From NCBI GenBank assembly GCA_963828125.1, contig CAWHDP010000001.1:64001-128000 (forward strand): a stretch of DNA of 64,000 nucleotides, given 5' to 3'. This stretch comes from an uncultured Chlamydiae bacterium. GTDB taxonomy: Bacteria > Chlamydiota > Chlamydiia > Chlamydiales > SM23-39. Position numbers and translations under genes: made by a program. The notes beneath the pieces were generated by a model that ran no database searches, was not told where the DNA came from, and saw only the letters and a list, made by a program, of their open reading frames with translations. Of this stretch, positions 46,871 to 55,505 are shown piece by piece (position 1 is the first letter of the stretch; each line of letters opens with the position of its first letter).

Positions 46871-48302
46871 GTTCTCTTAAAATATTTTCCATCTCCTTGC
46901 GGTATTTAGACCCGGGAATGACGATGACGTTTTTTCCTTCGTTTACGGGGTTCAATTTATCGAAAAAATCGTCAAAAACCAGCCGATCATTCAAAGAAAC
47001 TCGCCTGATCGGGATTCTCCTGACCCCTGCATTTTGAAAGGCCACAAGTCTCCGATTGTCGAGGGTATATATCTTTCCATCGAATTCTACAATACGGATG
47101 ATGGGGATGTCTGTAATTTTTATTTTTCCGGCACGCAATCCAGCCGCTAGATCATTGATTTCGCCTCCGCTACTAAAATTCTGGCTGACCGTGGGCTGTG
47201 TGAACCGAATCGTATGCGGGTCGATAAAGTGCTTTGCGTTGAAAGCCAGTTTCTGAGCAGGCTTGAGAGCAGAAGTATTGCAAAACACCCTATTCACTGC
47301 AGATAGAACTCTGGACGTCCCAGACATGACTCCGCCAGGGCCGAAGGGAATACCGACTTGAGCAAATTCCAATCGAGATGAATGTCTGTCGGCAGTGGCT
47401 ATATTGGTTCCAAAAAATCGGTCAATACCCAGCTTGTTGTCCCAAATGTTTTGTTCCGTATCTCGAATCTGATTCGAAAACCACGCGACTGAACGGTCAA
47501 AATCTCTTTGCATCGGTGCTACACATTGGTCGTACAGCTCGTGGGTCATTCTGGAGGCCAGATTTCTCCCAAAATGCGAAATAGCGCTCCAGGCCCTTTC
47601 TCCTTCCCAAGGGGGTCTGGTCATTTGCTGGGCTGTTTTGTTGTCCCAGCCAGTCATGATCAGTCCATATTCATCAAAGTGGTTGAGGGGATCGTTATGA
47701 ACATATGCGTAGAGATTCATCCCGTCGGCGAAGCCTGCTGGATCGGGGGTGAGCCACCGGCCAAGGGAGGGAATGTAGTATCTTCTGCCAAAGTTCACGA
47801 GGTGGGTTTGGCTGTCGGTCCGTTTGGAGGAAAAGCGCCAGGGGCTGACCGTTTCGCCCAAGATCTTCTCGTCACCGAAGGCGCTGTAGCGATAGATTGT
47901 CGGTTCCGAGCCTACGGGTGTGAGGAGTGCGAGGTTTCCTTGCAGATCGTGGATGGAGGTGTGGACTATGCCGTTTAGTTCAATGGCGATGGCGGCACCG
48001 ATCTCTGCGTGGGGGGCCTCTCCGAGAATCCTGAGCTCTGTGACCTTTTGTTCTTCATTCAGACCGCCGATTTCATTTTGTCCGTCATAGAGGAAGTAGG
48101 TGGTCTTTTGGGTCCCTTCTTGGATAACGGTTTTTGAAAGACACCGATGGAGGCAATCGTAGGTAAAGGTTTGAATGCAATCTTCGGTTTCGACCCGCTT
48201 TAGCCGATCTAGGGTCGACGGATCGTTTTCGGTGACAGCTAGAGAAAATTCATCCGAAGAGAGCGGGATGAAAAGACAAAGAAGCGCCAGAATATAGAAC
48301 AT
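46854..48302 (-). CDS. Short Rhs protein: signal peptide, Rhs core, ParB-like C-terminal toxin
   Basis: NFGRRYY...GRWLTPDP...NLYAYVHNDPLNHFDEYGL core, then IRFTQ...YTLDNRRL. Confidence 0.88.
   Translation of the reverse strand: MFYILALLCLFIPLSSDEFSLAVTENDPSTLDRLKRVETEDCIQTFTYDCLHRCLSKTVIQEGTQKTTYFLYDGQNEIGGLNEEQKVTELRILGEAPHAEIGAAIAIELNGIVHTSIHDLQGNLALLTPVGSEPTIYRYSAFGDEKILGETVSPWRFSSKRTDSQTHLVNFGRRYYIPSLGRWLTPDPAGFADGMNLYAYVHNDPLNHFDEYGLIMTGWDNKTAQQMTRPPWEGERAWSAISHFGRNLASRMTHELYDQCVAPMQRDFDRSVAWFSNQIRDTEQNIWDNKLGIDRFFGTNIATADRHSSRLEFAQVGIPFGPGGVMSGTSRVLSAVNRVFCNTSALKPAQKLAFNAKHFIDPHTIRFTQPTVSQNFSSGGEINDLAAGLRAGKIKITDIPIIRIVEFDGKIYTLDNRRLVAFQNAGVRRIPIRRVSLNDRLVFDDFFDKLNPVNEGKNVIVIPGSKYRKEMENILREHGKIR
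46993..48025 (-). repeat. Left arm of a ~1-kb inverted duplication (partner 49889-51089)
   Basis: Reverse complement matches 49889-51089 apart from a few SNPs and a 168-bp insertion. Confidence 0.95.
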
Positions 48303-48521
48303 AGCTGCCCCGAAAAATGCGAAGCAACCATGTTAGGAAAATATTTATTTAGATGCAAGAAATTTTATATAGGCAATGGAGTGGAGGAGCCGCTTTTCTT
48401 TCTCGGAGATCCTCTCTACTCTGCAATCTCGAAAAAAAACGTTGCACTTCTCTGCCAGCTCATATAAATAATGGGTCATTCGTCTGATTTGCAGCATACA
48501 GTTTAGCAATATAAGGAAAGA

Positions 48522-48728
48522 GTGTCACGACTCGTCAAGTGGATGCAAGAGGATTTCAATGAAGAATTTACATTTTACGCCCTTTCAAGAAATCACTGGA
48601 AGACGATCCGCACGGTTAATATAGTAGAGCGGCTTAATCAAGAAATCAGACGGCGAACAAAAGTAGCTCGTTTGTGTCCACATGAGGCTTCCTGCGAACG
48701 ACTTATCGGAGCCGGATTAAATGTTTAG
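48522..48728 (+). pseudogene. IS256-family transposase C-terminal fragment
   Basis: IRTVNIVERLNQEIRRRTKV signature. Confidence 0.8.
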
Positions 48729-48814
48729 GATTTTTTGAACTGCTGACAGGTGCTGGCTAGTGCTGCCTGCTTTTGGGCCCCAGTGTGCCAAATTTGTTCC
48801 ACGACCTCGTCCAC

Positions 48815-48911
48815 CTAACCCGCATTTCTCACACATCCGCGGAAAAGCTGCTCAATCTGGCGTAACATCTTGAGCACCTTTTCTCGCGTCTGTGTGAGAA
48901 ATGCGGGCTAA
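48815..48911. mobile_element. Element A, 89-bp deletion derivative with CTAA duplication
   Basis: ctaa-cccgcatttctc...gagaaatgcggg-ctaa. Confidence 0.9.
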
Positions 48912-48987
48912 TGCTTTGCCTAGACGCCAAGTTAAAAATTCTCAACCAATTGAATTAGAGCCTGTTAAAGTTATTTCTTGCTTTCAA

Positions 48988-49016
48988 TTGACTTTGTACA
49001 TAAACTCGTATATAAT
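48988..49016 (+). promoter_or_regulatory. Promoter of hicAB locus 1
   Basis: TTGACT-17 bp-TATAAT. Confidence 0.75.
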
Positions 49017-49029
49017 TTAAAGAAGCCCA

Positions 49030-49284
49030 GTGAAGAAAAGGGATCTAGAAAAGCAACTCCGTGAGGCTGGATGGCGGTTTGCAAGACACGGGGGTAATCA
49101 TGACGCTTGGACAAATGGCGAGCTATTTGAATTTGTCCCTAGACATGCTGAAGTAAACGAGATGCTGGCAAAGAAGATCCTAAAAAAGGCTAAAGCCAAC
49201 CCTCCCAAGGAGAATGGATATGGAAATGGAAGGAAGAGTCTGGAAAGACGGCAAATTTTGGCTCGTCGAAGTTCCCGCCCTTGA
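49030..49284 (+). CDS. hicA: HicA-family toxin
   Basis: RDLEKQL...GW...RHGGNHD...VPRH. Confidence 0.88.
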   Translation: MKKRDLEKQLREAGWRFARHGGNHDAWTNGELFEFVPRHAEVNEMLAKKILKKAKANPPKENGYGNGRKSLERRQILARRSSRP

Positions 49285-49651
49285 CGCAATGACTCAGGGG
49301 AAAACTCGTCAAGGGGCTTTGGAGATGCTAGAAGATTTAGTTCTTGAGATGACCAAAAGCTATTTCGACGATGAAGTGGGTACAGATTTTATTATCACTA
49401 TTACCGACTATAAAAAAGATATAATCGGAGTAATGGCTAATGATAATCGATTATTTTTAGCACTCTCTTTAAGAAGACAGCGAGGAAAAAGTGGATCAAC
49501 TGTTCGAGAAGCTTCTGAGAGATTAGGATCCAAATCTCCTAATGCCTATGCTCAATATGAGCGAGGTAAAACTAGCATCTCTATAGATAAATATGAGGAA
49601 CTTCTTTCAGCGGCCAATCCATTTAAAAAATTACGCCTGAAAATTACTTAA
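49214..49651 (+). CDS. hicB: HicB-family antitoxin with C-terminal XRE-like HTH
   Basis: VEVPALDAMTQGKT...A followed by an HTH (YAQYERG). Confidence 0.85.
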   Translation: MDMEMEGRVWKDGKFWLVEVPALDAMTQGKTRQGALEMLEDLVLEMTKSYFDDEVGTDFIITITDYKKDIIGVMANDNRLFLALSLRRQRGKSGSTVREASERLGSKSPNAYAQYERGKTSISIDKYEELLSAANPFKKLRLKIT

Positions 49652-49888
49652 TCTGATATTTTACCCTGAGAATCAAATGTGCGAGTCTACATTTAAAACA
49701 GGGGCTTTTCATTAAAAAGATTTGATGGAAAATAGATTTTTGCAAAAATAGCGCTTTTCACTAACTCAGAGGCGCTTATGAGCAAAAAGAAACCAACTTC
49801 CTGAAATTGATTAGTACTAACCGTACACCCAATGCTTGGAGTGTAAACTTTTGCGCTAGCGCGCAAATTTTTCGGAAAAATATTCCGG

Positions 49889-51228
49889 TCGGAGAGGCAC
49901 CCCACGCAGAGATCGGCGCCGCCATCGCCATTGAACTAAACGGCATAGTCCACACCCCCATCCACGATCTGCAAGGAAACCTCGCACTCCTCACACCCAT
50001 AGGCTTGGAGCCGACAATCTATCGCTACAGCGCCTTCGGTGACGAGAAGATCTTGGGCGAAACGGTCAGCCCCTGGCGCTTTTCCTCCAAACGGACCGAC
50101 AGCCAAACCCACCTCGTGAACTTTGGCAGAAGATACTACATTCCCTCCCTTGGCCGGTGGCTCACCCCCGATCCAGCAGGCTTCGCCGACGGGATGAATC
50201 TCTACGCATATGTTCATAACGATCCCCTCAACCACTTTGATGAATATGGACTGATCATGACTGGCTGGGACAACAAAACAGCCCAGCAAATGACCAGCCC
50301 GCATTTCTCACACAGACGCGAGAAAAGGTGCTCAAGATGTTACGCCAGATTTTGCAAATCGCGAGGAAGCTAATAGGACTCTTCCTATTCGCGACGAGCG
50401 ATTGGCGAAAGATGACGTGACAGATTGAGCAGATTTTCTGCGGATGTGTGAGAAATGCGGGCCAGACCCCCTTGGGAAGGAGAAAGGGCCTGGAGCGCTA
50501 TTTCGCATTTTGGGAGAAATCTGGCCTCCAGAATGACCCACGAGCTGTACGACCAATGTGTAGCGCCGATGCAAAGAGAGTTTGACCGTTCAGTCGCGTG
50601 GTTTGCGAATCAGACTCGAGATACGGAACAAAAAATTTGGGACAACAAGCTGGGTATTGACCGATTTTTTGGAACCAATATAGCCACTGCCGACAGACAT
50701 TCATCTCGATTGGAATTTGCTCAAGTCGGTATTCCCTTCGGCCCTGGCGGAGTCATGTCTGGGACGTCCAGAGTTCTATCTGCAGTGAATAGGGTGTTTT
50801 GCAATACTTCTGCTCTCAAGCCTGCTCAGAAACTGGCTTTCAACGCAAAGCACTTTATCGACCCGCATACGATTCGGTTCACACAGCCCACGGTCAGCCA
50901 GAATTTTAGTAGCGGAGGCGAAATCAATGATCTAGCGGCTGGATTGCGTGCCGGAAAAATAAAAATTACAGACATCCCCATCATCCGTATTGTAGAATTC
51001 GATGGAAAGATATATACCCTCGACAATCGGAGACTTGTGGCCTTTCAAAATGCAGGGGTCAGGAGAATCCCGATCAGGCGAGTTTCTTTCAAAGATCCAA
51101 ATATTGAAGAGGAATTTTTTAGAAAATATAACCCAGTAAATAAAGGTGCAAATATTGTAATTATTCCAAACGCGCTAATGCGATCAGAAGCCACAGAAAT
51201 ATTAAGGCAGTATGGTAAGATTAGATAG
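49889..51228 (+). pseudogene. Second, 5'-less Rhs core/ParB-like toxin copy, interrupted by element A; 3' part is ORF 50455-51228
   Basis: Inverted copy of 46993-48025 with a different last ~45 codons. Confidence 0.88.
50294..50465. mobile_element. Element A, full-length 164-bp copy (50298-50461) with CCAG duplication
   Basis: Empty allele caaatga-ccag-accccc is present in the other Rhs copy (~47611-47627, minus strand). Confidence 0.95.
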
Positions 51229-51622
51229 GCCTAAAAGGAGGACATTGTCTTTTGAAGATTTTATGGAATATCCTGTATGGACTTGGGATGATGAAATGAC
51301 AAATGTTCAACCTCTTTCAGAATCCGAGCCAGCTCCGGAGGATTATGTAGATTTATTTATTAAAGCTAGATTTAAATCATGTTCGTACGAATTTGATGGA
51401 TATTTAATGGGTGGTATTACTTTTTATGGGTTTGTGATATTCAGGGATCGTAAAAAATTTCTGTTTAACGGAAATCTTAAAGGCTTTAGCGAAAAACATC
51501 TTTCTGAATTATTCGAATGTTTAAAATGTAAACCTTTTAAATTTTTCCCAATAGAATATGTGTCTGATGTTACTTTAAAAGGCCATCGAAAAATTGCGGG
51601 GTCAATTAATTTTGACCTGTAA
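51212..51622 (+). CDS. Putative immunity protein 2
   Basis: 17-bp overlap with the toxin; shares PxWxWDD, FIKAxF, FDGYLxG and PFKFFPxEY with immunity 1. Confidence 0.75.
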   Translation: MVRLDRPKRRTLSFEDFMEYPVWTWDDEMTNVQPLSESEPAPEDYVDLFIKARFKSCSYEFDGYLMGGITFYGFVIFRDRKKFLFNGNLKGFSEKHLSELFECLKCKPFKFFPIEYVSDVTLKGHRKIAGSINFDL

Positions 51623-51810
51623 TCGCCTTCCGTAGGTGTGAATGTGATTGTTGTAGTAACTTCCCAAGACCCATCCTCTTGTTGGTTGATTGACAGGAGA
51701 CTGAACTTATGCCACAGTTAAGAAATTTATCCACTTATTTTTTAGAACGGCTTCTATCTGCCGAGCCATCTGCTCACTTGACGTAATTCCGCTCCGCGGA
51801 AGGTTCTTAA

Positions 51811-52137
51811 CTAAAAGTGATACAATTCCCCAATGATCTCCGACTGATCCAGACCCTCTACCCGCTCCATCATATTCCTATACAAAAAGCCAAGATACCG
51901 TGGTTGCTGTTCAAGAGAAGACTCGATATCTGCCATAAGAGCCGATTCCTGCAGCCAGCTGATATCCAACGGGATCAGCGCAGGAAGAAGCCCAGCCATT
52001 ATTTCATCCAACTCGATCAAATCAGCTTTGATAATCAATCCAGAGCAAGGAGGTAAAGTCGTGAGCGCGCCGTAGCCGTAAGCCGGGTGAATATATAGAG
52101 TCCGTTTTTTCCCCGACCCGCATCCCTTGCAGTCCAT
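51811..52137 (-). CDS. Hypothetical protein, probably a 5'-truncated fragment
   Basis: ORF abuts an element A remnant. Confidence 0.35.
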   Translation of the reverse strand: MDCKGCGSGKKRTLYIHPAYGYGALTTLPPCSGLIIKADLIELDEIMAGLLPALIPLDISWLQESALMADIESSLEQQPRYLGFLYRNMMERVEGLDQSEIIGELYHF

Positions 52138-52180
52138 GAGAGAACCCAGCGATTGTCTGAGAGAGATCCAGCCAGGTATC

Positions 52181-52373
52181 GCAAAAATCTGCTCAAGATG
52201 TCACGCCATCTTTCGCCAATCGCTCGTCGCTAATAGGAAGAGTCCTATTATACTGCGGCCACCCCAAATTCACACTTTTGGGGTGGCCGCAGTATAGCTT
52301 CCTCGCGATTTGGAAAATCTGGCGTAACATCTTGAGTACCTTTTCTCGCGTCTGTGTGAGAAATGCGGGTTAG
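52181..52373. mobile_element. Element A (left end lost) carrying element B (52251-52294) nested in its central hairpin
   Basis: cctat-ta-[B]-ta-gcttcc versus empty cctat-ta-gcttcc; right end gcggg-ttag. Confidence 0.9.
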
Positions 52374-52624
52374 TCTCTGATCTGGTTTCTCCTTGGCCAT
52401 CTCCCATTCCGACAGGCACCTTAATATTCAGATTCAAATAGCGCTTCCACACCAAACCCTTGCTGAGCCGCTGAGTTTAATGCAGTTTATTCCTTGCAAA
52501 CAAACTGATAATCAGAAGCTTACAAAAATAGGAAAGAAATTTTTATAGAATTTGCTTGGCTTCATAATTTAGCAGTAGCTAGCGCATTTGCTTTTTGCTG
52601 CTACTTTTTAGTCTTCAAATATTA

Positions 52625-52738
52625 ATCCCTAAAAGATCATTTTCCTTTTTGGGGATGATAAAATGCGATTAAAAATAGATCCCTAGAATGGAAATTACCA
52701 TTTTGGGGATTGATTTTATTGGTAGGGTTCTTTATCCT
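52625..52738 (+). promoter_or_regulatory. Two 32-bp dyad sites plus promoter TTGATT-17-TATCCT upstream of ATPase 1
   Basis: atccctaaaa-N12-ttttggggat (52625-52656) and atccctagaa-N12-ttttggggat (52679-52710). Confidence 0.65.
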
Positions 52739-52766
52739 AACATGTACAGTTACATCAGGTAAAAAA

Positions 52767-54200
52767 ATGACAAACCCTCCATTCATAGGTCGTGAACCAG
52801 AAATTTCTAGACTGAAAGGTCTTTTGAGTAAAAAAAGCGCGAGTCTCATTGTTGTCCGAGGAAGAAGGCGAATCGGCAAAAGCAGACTACTTGCAGAATT
52901 TGGGAAAGAGATGAAAAGCTTTTTTTTCTCGGGAATGCCTCCTGTTGAGAAAACGAATGCTAAACTGCAAAGAGAAGAATTCGCAGGGCAAATGGAAAGA
53001 ATGGGATTGCCTGGTGCTAAATCGGATGATTGGAGCAACCTTTTTTGGTCCTTATCCAAGCACACGGAGAAGGGGAGAACGCTTGTTGTATTTGATGAAA
53101 TATCATGGATGGGAGGGAAAGACCCTGCTTTTTTAGGAAAATTGAAAACTGCTTGGGATATGCATTTTAGCAAGAATCCTCATCTGATGATGGCTCTTTG
53201 CGGATCAATATCTGCATGGATCGAAGAAAATATCCTTAGCAGCACAGGATTTGTGGGCAGGATTACTATAGATCTTGTCTTAGAAGAGCTTCCTTTAAAT
53301 GTTTGTAATGCTTTTTGGCGTCCTAAAGAAAAGCTTATTTCTGCTTATGAGAAATTTAAAATTTTATCTGTTGTAGGGGGTGTTCCCCGTTATCTTGAAG
53401 AGATCAATCCTCAGTTGTCGGCAGAAAAAAACATCCAAAATCTCTGCTTCACCCGCGGTGGGCTCCTTGTACGTGAATTCGATGAGATTTTTTCCGACCT
53501 ATTTTCTAGACGTAGCACAATCTATAAGGAAATAGTTATGTGTTTAGCAGATGGACCAAGAGAGCTTTTAGAAATTTGTAAGGAGCTTAAACAATCTCGT
53601 GGAGGATTATGGAGTAAATATCTAGATGACCTAGTAAAGGCCGGTTTTATTCAAAGAGATTTTTCTTGGAACTTGCAAGATGGGAAAGAGAGTAAAATAA
53701 GTCGTTTTCGATTGAGTGATAATTATCTTCGGTTTTACTTGAAGTACATCTTGCGTAATCGTTCCAAGATTCAAAAAGGGGACTTTACTCCATCCATATT
53801 GACAAAGTTCCCAGGGTGGGAGGGAAGCATGGGGCTTCAGTTTGAAAATCTTGTCGTTCATAATCGAAAGGCAGTTTTGAAATTGATAGAGGTCCCATCG
53901 GAAGAGGTTGTGATGGACGGTCCATTTTTTCAAAAAGCAACAAAGAAACTTCCTGGATGTCAAATTGACTACATGATCCAAACGCGCTTCCATACTTTAT
54001 ATCTCATAGAAGTTAAGTTTTCGAAAGATCCGGTAGGAAGAAAGGTCATAGAGGAAATGGAGGAAAAAATAAAACGATTAAAAACGCCTAAGCGATTTTC
54101 AATTAGACCCATTCTTATTCATGTAAATGGAGTAGAAAGCGCTGTTTTAGACGAATGTTATTTTGATAAGGTGATTGATTTTGGGCAGTTTTTGGAGTGA
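52767..54200 (+). CDS. Archaeal-ATPase/AAA family protein with wHTH and C-terminal PD-(D/E)XK-like (DUF234-like) domain
   Basis: Motifs FIGR, GRRRIGKS, VFDE, GGVPRYL and QIDY...EVK. Confidence 0.88.
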   Translation: MTNPPFIGREPEISRLKGLLSKKSASLIVVRGRRRIGKSRLLAEFGKEMKSFFFSGMPPVEKTNAKLQREEFAGQMERMGLPGAKSDDWSNLFWSLSKHTEKGRTLVVFDEISWMGGKDPAFLGKLKTAWDMHFSKNPHLMMALCGSISAWIEENILSSTGFVGRITIDLVLEELPLNVCNAFWRPKEKLISAYEKFKILSVVGGVPRYLEEINPQLSAEKNIQNLCFTRGGLLVREFDEIFSDLFSRRSTIYKEIVMCLADGPRELLEICKELKQSRGGLWSKYLDDLVKAGFIQRDFSWNLQDGKESKISRFRLSDNYLRFYLKYILRNRSKIQKGDFTPSILTKFPGWEGSMGLQFENLVVHNRKAVLKLIEVPSEEVVMDGPFFQKATKKLPGCQIDYMIQTRFHTLYLIEVKFSKDPVGRKVIEEMEEKIKRLKTPKRFSIRPILIHVNGVESAVLDECYFDKVIDFGQFLE

Positions 54201-54208
54201 TTTGTTAC

Positions 54209-54240
54209 ATCCCAAAATTGGCTGATTGTGTTTTGGGGAT
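54209..54240. repeat. Third 32-bp dyad site, just downstream of ATPase 1
   Basis: atcccaaaat-N12-ttttggggat. Confidence 0.6.
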
Positions 54241-54327
54241 TGAAATTAGCTAAAGGGGATTTGGCCACGATTCAACGCATGGTCGAGAAAGGGGTTCATC
54301 CGAAAGATATAAACGGCCAAAGCCTGA

Positions 54328-54608
54328 CTAGCCCACATTATCCATTAATTGCACAGGAGATGGTGCCATGACTTACTCAAAAAGAGAATGTGCAAAAGAT
54401 TTAAAAGCCCAACTCGATCTCGGCTACGAACCAAAACAAATTGGAAACTGGGCTCATAAAATGTATCTATACTGCGGCCACCCCAAAAGTGTGAATTTGG
54501 GGTGGCCGCAGCATAATAGGACTCTTCCTATTAGCGACGAGCGATTGGCGAAAGATGGCGTGACAGATTGAGCCAATTTTCCGCGGATGTGTGAGAAATT
54601 CGGGCTAG
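54328..54608. mobile_element. Composite A/B element containing a captured gene fragment
   Basis: ctag-cccacatt...(ORF start 54368)...ta-[B 54470-54513]-ta-[A arm]-cggg-ctag. Confidence 0.65.
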
Positions 54609-54705
54609 CGTGCCATGGATTTTAGGGTGATTGAGCCGGGGTTATTGCCGTTCAAAAAATGAAAGGATGTGCTACAGTAGACACTATTATTTTAAGGGAC
54701 TTTCT

Positions 54706-55089
54706 ATGGAATCGATAAACCCTATTGTACAGCGCTATGTTGATGGTTGGAAAAAAGGCAATGAATCAGAAATTCTAGATGCTCTTACTGAAGATTGCAT
54801 CATCATTGAATCTCATGGTGCTACCTACCACGGCAAAAAAATCGTAAAGAAGTGGATTGAAGACTGGCATAGGCAAGGAAATGTAGTGGAAAAATGGAAG
54901 ATTACTTCTTGTCATGGTTGTGGGGATCTGGTTGTGTTTGAATGGGTTTTTGCTTACAAAGGCAAAAAAAACAGGGAGGCTTTTGAAGGAGTTTCGCTTG
55001 CAAAAATCAAGAATAATAAGATTTTTGAGCTTAGAGAATATCGCGCTACTCAGTTTCCTTTTATGTGGGGTATTCGGACAACTGAATGA
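54706..55089 (+). CDS. SnoaL/NTF2-like protein
   Basis: YVDGW...LTEDC..IESHG...FEWVF...LREY. Confidence 0.8.
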   Translation: MESINPIVQRYVDGWKKGNESEILDALTEDCIIIESHGATYHGKKIVKKWIEDWHRQGNVVEKWKITSCHGCGDLVVFEWVFAYKGKKNREAFEGVSLAKIKNNKIFELREYRATQFPFMWGIRTTE

Positions 55090-55095
55090 AAAAAT

Positions 55096-55191
55096 GAAGT
55101 GGACCCCGAAAACTGGACAGGTTAGTTAGTTTGCTTCATGCTACTTAACCTACTGAGGGGCGCATTCCCATTTTCTGGGTAGCCGCCTAAA
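55096..55191 (-). mobile_element. IS3-family terminal remnant
   Basis: tgaagtggaccccgaaaactggacag resembles IS3-family TG...CA termini. Confidence 0.55.
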
Positions 55192-55505
55192 AAGCTACGC
55201 TGCATAGGACAAACCTCCCTCATAAGCCATCTTTTTTAACAGATTCCAACGCCCGCTCTTGTAATAAGCCCGTAGAAGCAGCATTTCCTCCGCTGCTCAC
55301 AGCAGTAGAGTACCTTATTTGACGCCTTTCGCTCAACTATCGGCTGCTGTCAAGAGTTAACTAGAATAGGGTCTAACTGTGTCTCCAGTGTGTTTTGAAA
55401 TCAGGGGTTATTTTCCGGATATCTGGCTGGTGGCTCTTTACACAATTTCCTGACTGTCTTAGGATGGCCTCTTTTTTAGGAATTTTTATGCGCTGGTTTT
55501 TCATT

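Noticed and set aside
49807..49888. TTG start giving the second Rhs copy its own N-terminus
   Set aside because: No RBS is visible, and the sequence is unrelated to the Rhs upstream of the duplication boundary; likely a chance open frame.
46993..51089. Inverted duplication as a pure assembly artefact
   Set aside because: The copies differ by several substitutions (e.g. HTS/HTP, FSNQI/FANQT), a MITE with a clean duplication and distinct tips. Read confirmation is still advisable.
51755..51810. Weak similarity to the element A arm (atctgctca)
   Set aside because: Too short, with no terminus or flanking duplication.
10164..54608. Repeats A and B as a CRISPR array
   Set aside because: Copies are dispersed, have target duplications and lack regular spacers; no cas genes are present.
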